DNA of 64,000 bases from Gemmatimonadota bacterium (GTDB lineage Bacteria > Gemmatimonadota > Gemmatimonadetes > Palauibacterales > Palauibacteraceae). The stretch is taken from assembly GCA_963666735.1 (NCBI GenBank), contig OY762926.1, positions 2,464,001 through 2,528,000 on the forward strand. The letters run 5' to 3'. Position 1 is the first letter of the stretch, and each line of letters starts with the position of its first letter. The notes below the pieces were generated by a model that worked only from the letters and a program-made list of their open reading frames with translations, searched no databases and was not told the DNA's origin. Of the stretch, positions 29,736 to 39,756 are shown in pieces. The position numbers and the translations under genes were made by a program.

Positions 29736-30998
29736 ATGAGCCCTGGACCGCTGGGGAGGCTGAAGTCCGCGCTCGGAGCGGGGGTCTTCCGCCCGGGCCG
29801 CCTGTGGGAGGAGAAGCCGCTCCGCCGCCACTACGACGTGGTGATCATCGGGGGCGGCATCCACGGGCTCGCCACGGCCTACTACCTGGCGAAGGACCAC
29901 GGCGTGCGGGACATCGCCGTGCTCGAGAGCCAGTACATCGGGTTCGGAGGGTCCGGGCGGAACACCGCGATCGTACGGGCGAACCAGCGCACCCAGGAGA
30001 ACGTTCCGCTCTATGACGAGGGCCTGAGGCTGTGGCCCATCCTCACGGACGAACTCGACTTCAACCTCATGTTCCATAACTGCGGCAACCTCAACCTCGC
30101 GCACAGCGAGGCCGCGGTGGCCGCGCTCCGCCTTTCCATCAACACCGCGAACTTCTGCGGGGTGCGCTCGGAACTGCTGGACCCGAAACAGTGCGGGGAA
30201 CTGGTCCCGGCGCTGGACGTCTCGGACCGGCCCGCGCATCCGATCCAGGCGGGCATGTACCACCCGCCGGGGGGCGTTGTGCGGCACGACGCGGTGGTGT
30301 GGGGTCTCGCGCGGGGCGCCAGCCTGCACGGGGCGTCGATCCACCAGGGCGTCGGGGTACAGGGGATCGACACGGAGAGCGGGCGGGTGACGGGGGTGCG
30401 GACGAACGCGGGGCCGGTCGGGTGCCGGAAGCTGGGGATCATGGCGGGCGGGTACGGGCCGGCGGTCGCGGCGATGCTCGACATCGAACTGCCGGTGAAC
30501 CCGCTCACGATCCAGGCCATGGTGACGCAGCCGTTGAAACCGTTCCTGCACCACGTCGTGAGTTCCGGGGCGTATCACGTCTACGCGAACCAGACGCTGA
30601 AGGGGGAGATCGCGACGGGCGCGCACATGGATCCGCAGGTGAACTACACGACGGATGTCACCGCGGGCTACTTCAAGCACCAGGCGGAGGCGCTCACGGA
30701 TCTCATGCCGTGCCTGAAGGGCGTGCGGTTTCTGAGAGTGTGGGCGGGGCTGGCGGACATGACGCCGGACATGGCGCCCATCCTCGACGGCAACTTCGTG
30801 TATGACGGCCTTTACCTGGACGTGGGATGGGGGTATTTCGGCTTCAAGTCCGGGCCGGTGGCCGGGAAGTACATGGCGGAATTCATGGCGCGCGAGAAGG
30901 CGCCGGAGATCCTGAAGCCCTTCGCGCTCCGCCGTTTCCTCGAGAACCGGTACATGGGGGAGACCGCCGCCACGATGAAGTACGGACAGTGGGACTGA
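29736..30998 (+). CDS. soxB: Heterotetrameric sarcosine oxidase-like beta subunit
   Basis: IIGGGIHGLATAYYLAK, GGSGRNTAIVRAN, GWGYFGFK. Confidence 0.88.
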   Translation: MSPGPLGRLKSALGAGVFRPGRLWEEKPLRRHYDVVIIGGGIHGLATAYYLAKDHGVRDIAVLESQYIGFGGSGRNTAIVRANQRTQENVPLYDEGLRLWPILTDELDFNLMFHNCGNLNLAHSEAAVAALRLSINTANFCGVRSELLDPKQCGELVPALDVSDRPAHPIQAGMYHPPGGVVRHDAVVWGLARGASLHGASIHQGVGVQGIDTESGRVTGVRTNAGPVGCRKLGIMAGGYGPAVAAMLDIELPVNPLTIQAMVTQPLKPFLHHVVSSGAYHVYANQTLKGEIATGAHMDPQVNYTTDVTAGYFKHQAEALTDLMPCLKGVRFLRVWAGLADMTPDMAPILDGNFVYDGLYLDVGWGYFGFKSGPVAGKYMAEFMAREKAPEILKPFALRRFLENRYMGETAATMKYGQWD

Positions 30999-31038
30999 CG
31001 GTGGCACTGACCGTGGGATGGACCCTGGAGGGCCGGTC

Positions 31039-31323
31039 GTGACGTTCCGGTTGACGTGCCCGGTGTGCGGGAAGCGGGACGTGTACGAGTTCACGTACGG
31101 CGGGCCGGAGAGGGGGGCCCGGCCGACCGGGATGGATCTCGACGGCGGGGCGGAGCCGCACTTCCGCTGGTCCCAGTTCCGCATGAACCGCCCGGAGCCG
31201 CGCGAGGAGTGGTGGCACCACGGTGCGGGCTGCGGCGTCTGGTTTTCGACGTGGCGCGACCCGGCCACGAACCGGGAGACACGGCCCGGCGGCGCGGGGG
31301 CGAGCGGGGGAGATTCGTCGTGA
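31039..31323 (+). CDS. soxD: Sarcosine oxidase-like delta subunit
   Basis: CPVCGKR..EFTYGG and EWWHHGAGCGVWF...RD Zn-binding pattern. Confidence 0.85.
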   Translation: MTFRLTCPVCGKRDVYEFTYGGPERGARPTGMDLDGGAEPHFRWSQFRMNRPEPREEWWHHGAGCGVWFSTWRDPATNRETRPGGAGASGGDSS

Positions 31324-34300
31324 GCCGGCTGCCCCTTTCATCGACGGAACGGATCGACCGCTCCCGGCCGCTCGGTTTCCGCTGGTGCGGACGCGCGCTG
31401 GAGGGGTTCGAGGGAGATACCGTCGCATCGGCGCTCTGGGGGGCGGGGGTCCGCACCTTCGGCCGAAGCCTCGAGTATCACAGGCCCCGGGGGCTCTACG
31501 ACCTGGAGGGAGAGGGGTCGAGCCAACTCGTCTCGATCAACGGCGTTCCGAACCAGTCCGCCGGGACGACGCCGCTGCGCGAGGGGATGGAGGTCGGAGC
31601 CCAGAACGTGCGCGGCGATCCGCGGTTCGACGCCTTCGGTTTCCTGGACCGGCTGGACCGGTTCATGCCCGCGGGCTTCTACTACCGGCTCTTCCACCGG
31701 CCCGCCTGGGCCGCCCGGTTCTTCCAGGAGCGGATGCGCGGGCTGGCCGGCCTGGGCGTGTTGCGGCTCGACGCACCGGACGGGGCGCGGGCCGGGGAGC
31801 GGGCCGGGGAGCGGGCCGAGCGCTACCTGAACGCGGACGTGGCCGTGGTCGGCGGCGGCCCGGCCGGGATGTCTGCGGCGCTGGAGGCCGGGCGCCTCGG
31901 CCTCCGCGTATGCCTGTTCGAGCGCCGGCCGTGGCTGGGGGGGCATCTCGACTGGCGCGTGCGGGACGGTCGTCCGCTCGCCGCGGAGGTATCCGCGCTG
32001 GCCGAAGAACTCGGACGCATGCCGTCCGTGCGCGTGTTCCGGCACGCACCGGTCACAGGGGTGTGGGGCGAGAACCTGCTGACGGGCTTCCAGCGCGGAG
32101 GGACAACCCACTGGGAGTGTCGGGCACGAGCCATCGTGGTCGCGACGGGTTCCATCGAGCGGCCGCTCGTGTTCGAGCACAACGATCGTCCGGGCGTGAT
32201 GCAGGTGGACACGGCGATCCGGCTCGCGCGGACGTACGGCGTCCGGCCGGGCGCGGCCGCCGCCTTCAGCGTAGGCGACGACCTCGGGCTCGAGGCGGCG
32301 GCGGACCTGGCCGCGGTCGGCGTGGATGTGCGCGTCGTCGCCGACGCCCGGCGCGACGGGCACGACCCGGACCTGATGGCCGCCCTGTCGTCCGCGAGGA
32401 TCGACTTCCGGCCGGGGTGGGCGGCGAGTCGCGTGCGGGGGCGGAGCCGGGTGAGGGGCGTTGAACTGGCGGCCCGGGCGGGGAGCGGCACGGCGGGCGA
32501 TTCGCTGCGCGTGGCGTGCGATCTGCTGGTGGCGACCGCGGGACGCCAACCGGACATCGGGGTCCTCTCGTGCGCCGGCGCGCGGTTCCGCCACGGCGAG
32601 CGCACCCGGACGTTCGAGCTCGAGCGCCTCCCGCCCGACGTGTTCGCCGCGGGCGGCGTCCTTCGACTCACCGATCTCGAGGCGCTCACATGTTCCGGGC
32701 GGATCGCGGGGCTCAAAGCCGCTGCGGCCTGCGGAGCGAGCGTCGGGGGGCCGCTGACCCGGGAGCGCGCGCGTCTGGACGACCTGCCGGGACCCGCGGA
32801 GGGCTCCTCGATCGTGCGCGGACCGGCCGCCGGCCGGGGCCTCGCCCCCGGCCGCAAGGCGTTCCTCGATCTCGACGAAGACGGCACGTGGAAGAACGCG
32901 GCCCAGAGCGCGGCGTACGGCTTCGACGTGCCCGAACTCGCGAAGCGCTTCGGGAACTTCGGTCTCGGCCCGGGCCAGTACCGCGTGCCGGGCCAGAACC
33001 TCGCCATGGCGATGGCCGAGATCGCGGGGCGGCCGGTCGGCAGTTTCGCCGCCACCACGGTGCGCCCGCCGGTCATCCCCCCTTCCCTCGCGACGCTCGC
33101 GGGCCCGAACCACGACGTCCACAAACAGACCCCGCTGCACGAGGACCAGGCCTCGCGGGGCGCCGTGTTCCGCCGGGCGGGGCACTGGCTGAGGGCGCGC
33201 TACTTCAGTGCGGACCGGCAGTGTCTGGAGGAGATTCGCAACGTGCGCGAGAACGTCGGCCTCCTCGACAGTTCGCCGCTCGGGAAGTTCCGGATCTGGG
33301 GGCCCGACGCCCTGCGCGCGCTCCAGCGCGTCTATGTCTCCGACATGACGCGGGCCCGGCCCGGCCGGTGCACGTACTCGGCGATGTGCAACGACACGGG
33401 CAACATCATCGACGACGGCGTCGTCGTGCGGACGGGCGAGGACGAGTTCTACTTCACGACGAGTTCGAGCCGGGCGGGCGTCACCGTCGAGTGGCTCCGT
33501 TTCCACACGCGGTACGACGGCTGGGACTACAACCTCGTGAACCTCACCGACGCCCTCGCCTCCATCAACGTGGCGGGGCCGAACGCGCGGCGGGTGCTGG
33601 GCAGGATCACGGACGCGGATCTGTCGGACGAGGCGTTCCCCTACCTGGGGTGCCGCGAGATCGAGGTGGGAGACGGGGTCGCGGCGCGGTGTCTGCGCCT
33701 CGGGTTCGTGGGCGAGTTGTCCTATGAACTGCACGTCGGTGCGAGCTACGCCCGGTACGTGTGGGACCTCGTGTGGGAGGGCGGGGCGGAGTACGGCATC
33801 CGCCCGTTCGGGCTCGAAGCGCAGAACTGCCTGCGGTCCGAGAAGGGACACGTGATCATCGGGACGGAATCCGAGCAGCGCGTCACCCTCATCGACATCG
33901 GCATGGGCTGGCTCTGGGACCGCGGGGATACGGCTTCCGGCAAGGTGGGGGCCGCGGCGCTGCGCCACTGCGAGGAACAGCCGGGGAGGTTGAAGCTCGT
34001 CGGACTGCGGGTCGACGACCCCGCGGACCGCGACGCGGGGGCCACGGGCAATCGTGACGTGGCTCACCGGCCCGGGGACGGGGCGCTTGTCGTGGACGGG
34101 GACCGGATCGCCGGCTTCGTCTGCACGACGCGGCACAGCGAGACGCTGGGCTGGCAGTACGGACTCGCCCTCGTCGAGGACCGGCTCGCGGAGCGGGGCC
34201 GTTCGCTAGACCTGTACGAGTCGCTGGGCCGGCGGGCCGCGCGTTCGACCGCGACCGTGGTGCCTCCCCACTTCTACGATCCGAAAGGAACGCGCCTGCG

Positions 34301-35000
34301 GATCGCCCCCGGAGGGCGCCCGAATCGGTCGGGTGAGGCGCCATGGTCGGCGGCGCCCGCGGCCCATCGCCGGTCTCCGGTCCGCTTCGACGCCGCGCCC
34401 GCCCGCACCGAGCGCCGGGCCGGCTGGAACGTCGTGCTCGAATACAAACCGGACCGCGCCCCCGCCGACGCCCTGCGCCGGGCCTGCCTCATCGACCTCA
34501 GCCACCGCGCGCGCTGGGACGTCCAGCATCGGGACATCGGGACCCTGCGGCCGTTCGGCCTCGACGTCCCGCCCAGGGCCGGAGACGTCGCGGTGCGGGA
34601 CGGACTGATGATCAACCGGATGAACGGGACCCAGGCCTCGATCTGGCACGTCGGACCCGGCGCGGCCCCGGCCACGCCCGACGGGCCGCACTACACGGAC
34701 ACGACCGACGCGCACTGCTGGCTCGCCCTGCTCGGAGACTCCGTTCCGGAAGTGCTGGAGAGCGTCACCGATCTCGACCTCTTCGAACCGGGGCGCCCCC
34801 GGCCGGTCCTGACCCAGGGGCCGATCCTCCACGTCCCCTGCCAGATCGTCACCTGGCGTGAGCATCTCGTCCTCATCGCCTGCAGCCGGGGGTACGGACA
34901 GACCTTCGTCGAAGCGCTCCTCGAATCCGGGCGCCACGCGGGGCTGCGCCCGGCCGGCGAGCGCGTCTTCACCGATTGGATTCACGCGCTGGAGAGCTGA
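31320..35000 (+). CDS. soxA: Sarcosine oxidase-like alpha subunit fused to a gamma-like subunit
   Basis: GDTVASAL..RSLEYHRPRG, GGGPAG, GcvT-type GFVGELSYE and HFYDPKG, then a ~230 aa SoxG-like tail (LIDLSHRARW...SRGYG...GLRPAG). GTGA overlap with soxD. Confidence 0.85.
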   Translation: MSRLPLSSTERIDRSRPLGFRWCGRALEGFEGDTVASALWGAGVRTFGRSLEYHRPRGLYDLEGEGSSQLVSINGVPNQSAGTTPLREGMEVGAQNVRGDPRFDAFGFLDRLDRFMPAGFYYRLFHRPAWAARFFQERMRGLAGLGVLRLDAPDGARAGERAGERAERYLNADVAVVGGGPAGMSAALEAGRLGLRVCLFERRPWLGGHLDWRVRDGRPLAAEVSALAEELGRMPSVRVFRHAPVTGVWGENLLTGFQRGGTTHWECRARAIVVATGSIERPLVFEHNDRPGVMQVDTAIRLARTYGVRPGAAAAFSVGDDLGLEAAADLAAVGVDVRVVADARRDGHDPDLMAALSSARIDFRPGWAASRVRGRSRVRGVELAARAGSGTAGDSLRVACDLLVATAGRQPDIGVLSCAGARFRHGERTRTFELERLPPDVFAAGGVLRLTDLEALTCSGRIAGLKAAAACGASVGGPLTRERARLDDLPGPAEGSSIVRGPAAGRGLAPGRKAFLDLDEDGTWKNAAQSAAYGFDVPELAKRFGNFGLGPGQYRVPGQNLAMAMAEIAGRPVGSFAATTVRPPVIPPSLATLAGPNHDVHKQTPLHEDQASRGAVFRRAGHWLRARYFSADRQCLEEIRNVRENVGLLDSSPLGKFRIWGPDALRALQRVYVSDMTRARPGRCTYSAMCNDTGNIIDDGVVVRTGEDEFYFTTSSSRAGVTVEWLRFHTRYDGWDYNLVNLTDALASINVAGPNARRVLGRITDADLSDEAFPYLGCREIEVGDGVAARCLRLGFVGELSYELHVGASYARYVWDLVWEGGAEYGIRPFGLEAQNCLRSEKGHVIIGTESEQRVTLIDIGMGWLWDRGDTASGKVGAAALRHCEEQPGRLKLVGLRVDDPADRDAGATGNRDVAHRPGDGALVVDGDRIAGFVCTTRHSETLGWQYGLALVEDRLAERGRSLDLYESLGRRAARSTATVVPPHFYDPKGTRLRIAPGGRPNRSGEAPWSAAPAAHRRSPVRFDAAPARTERRAGWNVVLEYKPDRAPADALRRACLIDLSHRARWDVQHRDIGTLRPFGLDVPPRAGDVAVRDGLMINRMNGTQASIWHVGPGAAPATPDGPHYTDTTDAHCWLALLGDSVPEVLESVTDLDLFEPGRPRPVLTQGPILHVPCQIVTWREHLVLIACSRGYGQTFVEALLESGRHAGLRPAGERVFTDWIHALES
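31788..31820 (+). repeat. In-frame 12-bp tandem repeat (CGGGCCGGGGAG x2 plus partial) inside soxA
   Basis: Encodes RAGERAGERAE in an inter-domain linker. Confidence 0.8.
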
Positions 35001-35024
35001 GACGTTCCCGGACGACGGTTGTTT

Positions 35025-36296
35025 TCACTCGAATGACGCGCAACCAGACGTGAGAACCGGAGCGCCGCTGTCCGTTTCGGCGCGCAATCTCACGACGATC
35101 TCCACATCGAAAGCGTCCCTCGTGACGGCCAGCAGCCGACCTCCGCGATACGGAAGCCACGGGACGGCGTCCAAGGGTAGATCAGGCGTTGCCACCCCGA
35201 GGTGCCGCCCGCAGGGATCGAAGATGTCCCATGCATCATCGTTCGGGTTGGAACTCCAGAGCCTCACCCACAACCACCCGTCGGGACCAGCCTTGATGTC
35301 TCGGATGAGTGGCTTGTGCGCCGGGAGCCCTGCGGCCGAGAAGGGTGACGATTCCGCGAGATCAGCACGTTCGCGTCCGGTCAGTGGGACTGGGACGCGG
35401 GGCAGCTTCACGGTCCGAACGGTGTCGCCGCCGAGAGTGACGCGATGGAGAGCGTAGTCCGGGGCCCCCACTCGCCAAATCTCTCCGCCCGGATCGACGG
35501 TCCACGGCGTCTCTACGTGCATGGGCCGCGTCTGCATCACGTTGCCGCGTGCGCCGCCTCGGCTGACGGTTTGCCCGACCCGATACTCGACCCGGCCGAG
35601 GAGTAGCCTCCCCGCCGCCGAGACGGTGCCATCTTCCGACACCGCCAGCCTCTCGACCCAGGACTCGTGCACGAGCCGGGAAAACTCCCTCTCGACCAAG
35701 TCGAGACGGCGGCCATAGATCCCCCCGAGGGTATCGGCGTGTGGAGTCCATGCAGCGTTGCCGGGCAACCGGTGCGCGACATCGCCTCCATTGCCCAGGG
35801 AGTCCACGAAGAACAGTGTGGGCGTGGCGCCAATCCAGAGCCGGTGCGGTTCCTGCCAGAGAAGGTTGAAGGGGAAAACGGATGCCGGGATTTGCCCTGG
35901 GCCGGGGCCGCGACGAGTGACGACGCGAAGGAAAGTCCCATCCGCGCCGAAGGAGCGAACCTCGCCCGCCGCGTAGTCGCCCACGTAGACGGATCCGGCT
36001 TGGTCAATGGCGAGCGATCCCACGTTACCGAACACGTCGGGCCCAGTAGACACTATCGACCCGATCCTCAACTCCTCGACCAAGCGGAGGGGCAGCGCGC
36101 CACCCGGATCGGGGTTGCTCACGATGACGCGACCCGTCGGGAGCGTGTCCGGGAGCACGCCCCCCCGTCCCCCGTCCCCCGCGCACGCGACGAAGCCCGC
36201 AACTACAAGGAGGAAGAAGAGGGCTGGCCGCGCTAACGCGACCAGCCCCGGTGTTGAACGCTCAGCTACGTCCGTAAGGGTGGGTCGCGCTTGCAT
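35025..36296 (-). CDS. 6-bladed beta-propeller (NHL-like) lipoprotein
   Basis: Lipobox VAC; LVEELRIG..FG.V..LAID..G.VYV, GPGPGQ, WDIFDP.G..LG. Confidence 0.7.
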   Translation of the reverse strand: MQARPTLTDVAERSTPGLVALARPALFFLLVVAGFVACAGDGGRGGVLPDTLPTGRVIVSNPDPGGALPLRLVEELRIGSIVSTGPDVFGNVGSLAIDQAGSVYVGDYAAGEVRSFGADGTFLRVVTRRGPGPGQIPASVFPFNLLWQEPHRLWIGATPTLFFVDSLGNGGDVAHRLPGNAAWTPHADTLGGIYGRRLDLVEREFSRLVHESWVERLAVSEDGTVSAAGRLLLGRVEYRVGQTVSRGGARGNVMQTRPMHVETPWTVDPGGEIWRVGAPDYALHRVTLGGDTVRTVKLPRVPVPLTGRERADLAESSPFSAAGLPAHKPLIRDIKAGPDGWLWVRLWSSNPNDDAWDIFDPCGRHLGVATPDLPLDAVPWLPYRGGRLLAVTRDAFDVEIVVRLRAETDSGAPVLTSGCASFE

Positions 36297-36724
36297 TCCT
36301 CATCCCATTCTCCGAACGCAATCTCCGTGAGCGATGTTTCGATCACTTCCTCGCCCCGACGCACTGTGATCTCCTGCGCCGCGCCGACCCGCGATTCCCG
36401 CCACGGCTTGGGCATCTCCCGAGCATCGCGCCCGTTGATCTCCAGCATCACATCTCCGTCCCGGAGACCCGCTTCATCCCCGGGCGAGCACGGACGAACC
36501 AAGACAATCACGGGATAGGGCCGCTCGGAAACAGGCGGGAAACTGATTTTTCCGTCCCGACCGATGAGGTCTTGGAGTCCGCCAGGGTAAGGATCGTAGG
36601 CTACACCTCGGAAAGGCTCCCAAGCCTCCGGGCGCGCGGGCTCCGGTCCCGCCACCTGGCCGCATACGACGACCGGCCGCGACAGCAGGACCGAAACCAC
36701 TAATACGCACACGTACCGAGACAT
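36266..36724 (-). CDS. Secreted PDZ-domain protein
   Basis: Signal peptide; SPGDEAGLRDGDVMLEING..ITVRRG. Confidence 0.75.
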   Translation of the reverse strand: MSRYVCVLVVSVLLSRPVVVCGQVAGPEPARPEAWEPFRGVAYDPYPGGLQDLIGRDGKISFPPVSERPYPVIVLVRPCSPGDEAGLRDGDVMLEINGRDAREMPKPWRESRVGAAQEITVRRGEEVIETSLTEIAFGEWDEECKRDPPLRT

Positions 36725-36765
36725 CGTCACGCCCTCGGTAACCCTCGGGAATCGCATCGGACTTC

Positions 36766-37098
36766 TTACCAGATATCGCATTCGATATCGATTGACGCTA
36801 CATCGCCGTCTGAATTGCACGTGAGGTAGAAGTTGCTCCGGTGCGGCCTCTCGCAGGCGGCGTTCAAGGCATCAAACCCCGCTTGGATGGCGTCGTCGCT
36901 GCATTGGTTAGCCGCCCCGTGCGCCGATTCCATGGGGAGACACACCCCCGAAACAGGCAAGGGGTTGGCAATCGATGTTAGGTTGGCCGCCCTTGCGGTA
37001 CCGACACACATCGCCAACAAGAATCGGAGACAGCGGGGAGAACAAATCGCGCCGTACACAACATGATACCATCTCGTAAGTTGAAGAAACAACAGCAC
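36766..37098 (-). CDS. Small Cys-rich hypothetical protein (start uncertain)
   Basis: Co-oriented ORF upstream of the PDZ gene with several Cys and a C-terminal IECDIW; no recognisable family. Confidence 0.3.
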   Translation of the reverse strand: MLLFLQLTRWYHVVYGAICSPRCLRFLLAMCVGTARAANLTSIANPLPVSGVCLPMESAHGAANQCSDDAIQAGFDALNAACERPHRSNFYLTCNSDGDVASIDIECDIW

Positions 37099-37215
37099 CT
37101 TACGAAGGCGATACCGTACCCCCTCGGGGTTCTTTAGCGCAAGCGGCCGAGTAGAAGACGGAGTAGAAGACCCTGGGGTCGCGAGCGAAGTTATTTCCGA
37201 GCTCGGCCCGAGGAC

Positions 37216-38343
37216 TCAGCCCGCGGCGGCGAGGGCCCGGTCCAGATCTTCCTTCAGGTCCTCGGCGTGCTCGAGGCCGACGGACATCCGGAGCAGGTTC
37301 TCCGGCGCACGGGTCGCCGCCCCCTCGATCGAGGCCCGGTGCTCGATGAGGGAGTGGGTGCCCCCGAGACTCGTCGCGCGGGCGATGATCTTCACCGCGG
37401 CGGCGACCGCGAAGGCCTCCTCCCGACCACCCGTCACATCGAACGACAGCATGCCGCCGAAGCCGGACATCTGACGCGCCGCGAGGCCGTGTCCCGGATC
37501 GTCCTCCAGACCCGGGTAGTGGACCCGCTCGACGCGCGGGTGGGCGTCGAGGAAGCGGGCAAGTTCCATGGCGTTGGCGCAGTGCATGGCCATGCGCGCG
37601 GCGAGGGATTCGAGTCCCCGTCTCGTGAGCCAGGCGTCGAAGGGCGACGGTACCAGGCCGCCATCCTTCTGGATCCCCCGCAGCGCTTCAAGCGTCTCGC
37701 CCCGCTCGCGCGCGATCACCGCACCCCCGGTCACGTCGCTGTGGCCGCCGAAGTACTTGGTCGTGGAGTGCATGACGAGGTCCACCCCGAGCTCCAGCGG
37801 CCGCTGCAGAAGCGGCGTCGCCCACGTGTTGTCGCAGCACGAGATCGCCCGGCCCTCACGCGCGATGCCGGCGATCGCCTCGACGTCGGAGATGCGGATG
37901 AGCGGGTTCGACGGCGTCTCCATCCATACGAGGCGGGTGTTCGGCCTCATGGCGACCCGTACGGCGTCGAGGTCGGTCATATCGACGAAGCTCGCCTCGA
38001 TCCCGCGCCGCGCGAACTGCTCCCGCAGGAGTACGCCGGTCCCGAAGTACGCGTCGTCCGCGGCGACGACGTGGTCCCCCGGCGCAAGGGAGAAGATGAC
38101 GGAAAACGTCGCCGCCATCCCGGAGGGGAAAGCGATGGCTTCCGGCCCGCCCTCCAGCGCGGCCAGCGCCGCCTCCAGCGCGGCCCGGTTCGGGTTCCCG
38201 CTGCGGGAGTAGTCGAACCCCCCGGGGTACGACCCGTCCGCGCCGCGCTCGAAGGTGGTCGAGAGCGTGATCGGGGGCGCGATCGCCCGGCTCGTCCCGT
38301 CCGGATCCAAGCCCGTCTTCACCGCCAGCGTTTCAATTCGCAT
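37216..38343 (-). CDS. Cystathionine gamma-synthase/lyase (PLP trans-sulfuration enzyme)
   Basis: YSRSGNPNR, METPSNP, DNTW, HSTTKYFGGHSD, TSLGG. Confidence 0.92.
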   Translation of the reverse strand: MRIETLAVKTGLDPDGTSRAIAPPITLSTTFERGADGSYPGGFDYSRSGNPNRAALEAALAALEGGPEAIAFPSGMAATFSVIFSLAPGDHVVAADDAYFGTGVLLREQFARRGIEASFVDMTDLDAVRVAMRPNTRLVWMETPSNPLIRISDVEAIAGIAREGRAISCCDNTWATPLLQRPLELGVDLVMHSTTKYFGGHSDVTGGAVIARERGETLEALRGIQKDGGLVPSPFDAWLTRRGLESLAARMAMHCANAMELARFLDAHPRVERVHYPGLEDDPGHGLAARQMSGFGGMLSFDVTGGREEAFAVAAAVKIIARATSLGGTHSLIEHRASIEGAATRAPENLLRMSVGLEHAEDLKEDLDRALAAAG

Positions 38344-38460
38344 GCCGTATACCTTTGGAGCCCTGGTATCGAATCAAGGGAACCCTCTTTCGAGATTCTG
38401 CTGAGGGAGTATAATTGGTCGTGTATCATTCGAGTGGAAATCTGAGGATCCCAGGAATCT

Positions 38461-39360
38461 TCAATATGTGAGGAGCAATCTATCTTTGACCACTTCCCCT
38501 TCAAGCGATTGGCCTTCCAACTGAAAGCGTCGCAGCATCGATCTACCGCAATTCACAGTTGCTTCACGCTCGAACAAACCTGAAGGAATCGGTACATCGC
38601 AGATCACATCCCCTGATCGTTTCGAGCCATCGATGCTAAGAGCAACCAGGACACCCCTTTCCTTGCAGCGATCGATTTCGACGAACAAACGCTTGAGATT
38701 GAACGTCTGCGCTCCATATAGAATGGCTTGAGTACATGTGTACGGAGGGTCACAATATACAACGTCGCCCCTCTTAGCATCAGCCATCGTATCGGCGAAG
38801 TCACATACAGCAAAGGAAGCTCCCTGGAGCCTGGCTCGCCACTCATCCACACGCCGCGCAAAGGACTCCGGGGCAATAGGCTTATGCACACCGCATGGCG
38901 TACTCAAGTATCCGTCTTGGCGGAACCGGACGATTCCCCCGTAGCAAGCTCGCGAAATCATGAGGAGATCGGCTCCGTTGGGCCGGCGGTTATACGAGTC
39001 GCGTATCGCCGCATAGCCCATCTGCGGGGTTTGGGTGTGACGCATCATGCTGTTCCAGCGTCCGCTGTACCAAGTCTTGAGAAGCTCAGGGTCGCGAAGG
39101 AGGGTGTCCCAGATCTCAACCAGAGGTTCTAAAACGTCAGATCCAACCGCGCGCCGTGGCGCCAGCGTTCCCATGACCGCTCCGCTACCGAGAAACGGCT
39201 CATAGTACGTCCCGTAGCCCCGAGGGAAATACCGCGCGATCTCATGGGCAAATCGTTGTTTGTTGCCAACCCATTTCAGGAGTTGCATCCGGAACGGCGG
39301 GACGCCGAACCCCAGCGCCGCATCCGACGTTGTATCCTCAAAATCCAGCTGTACCGGCAA
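38461..39360 (-). CDS. Dam/D12-class DNA adenine methyltransferase
   Basis: LKWVGNK, YEPFLGSGAV, YCDPPY. Start uncertain: TTG 39360 after GGAGG, or ATG 39288. Confidence 0.9.
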   Translation of the reverse strand: MPVQLDFEDTTSDAALGFGVPPFRMQLLKWVGNKQRFAHEIARYFPRGYGTYYEPFLGSGAVMGTLAPRRAVGSDVLEPLVEIWDTLLRDPELLKTWYSGRWNSMMRHTQTPQMGYAAIRDSYNRRPNGADLLMISRACYGGIVRFRQDGYLSTPCGVHKPIAPESFARRVDEWRARLQGASFAVCDFADTMADAKRGDVVYCDPPYTCTQAILYGAQTFNLKRLFVEIDRCKERGVLVALSIDGSKRSGDVICDVPIPSGLFEREATVNCGRSMLRRFQLEGQSLEGEVVKDRLLLTY

Positions 39361-39419
39361 CCCTGCCCTCCCCTGTTGCTTTCGACCCGGTTTCCCTGCC
39401 TGAACGAACGGACGAAACT

Positions 39420-39451
39420 TATCCGCTTTTGGGATATCCGCAACCCGGAGC
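39420..39451. promoter_or_regulatory. Putative tandem controller-protein operator
   Basis: TATCC-N7-GGATA overlapping TATCC-N7-GGAGC, between the divergent M and C genes. Confidence 0.6.
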
Positions 39452-39501
39452 ATAGCATTCTTCCTACCCTCGGCAAGCCACCCACGGAACCCTTGAACAA
39501 C

Positions 39502-39756
39502 ATGCTAATCGGAGATCAGCCAGAAATCATCGTCAGATCCCTCCTGCGGACGATCCGCCTCGAGGCGGGTCTGACGCAAGCTGACGTGGCTCGGCAAATC
39601 GGGCGGCCCCAGAGCTTCGTCAGCAAGTATGAATCGGGCGAGCGACGTCTCACGCTGCATGAAGTTCGGTCCATCTGCATCGCGTGCCAAGTCGAGCTCG
39701 CCACGTTCGTTCAACGCTTCGAACGTCACCTCCACGGACCTTCTCATGCAACCTGA
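39502..39756 (+). CDS. XRE-family HTH controller (C) protein
   Basis: LRTIRLEAGLTQADVA..GRPQSFVSKYESGERRL; overlaps the next gene. Confidence 0.85.
   Translation: MLIGDQPEIIVRSLLRTIRLEAGLTQADVARQIGRPQSFVSKYESGERRLTLHEVRSICIACQVELATFVQRFERHLHGPSHAT

Noticed and set aside
37149..37171. Direct repeat GAGTAGAAGAC x2
   Set aside because: Only two 11-bp copies 1 nt apart; not a CRISPR array, and no function can be supported.
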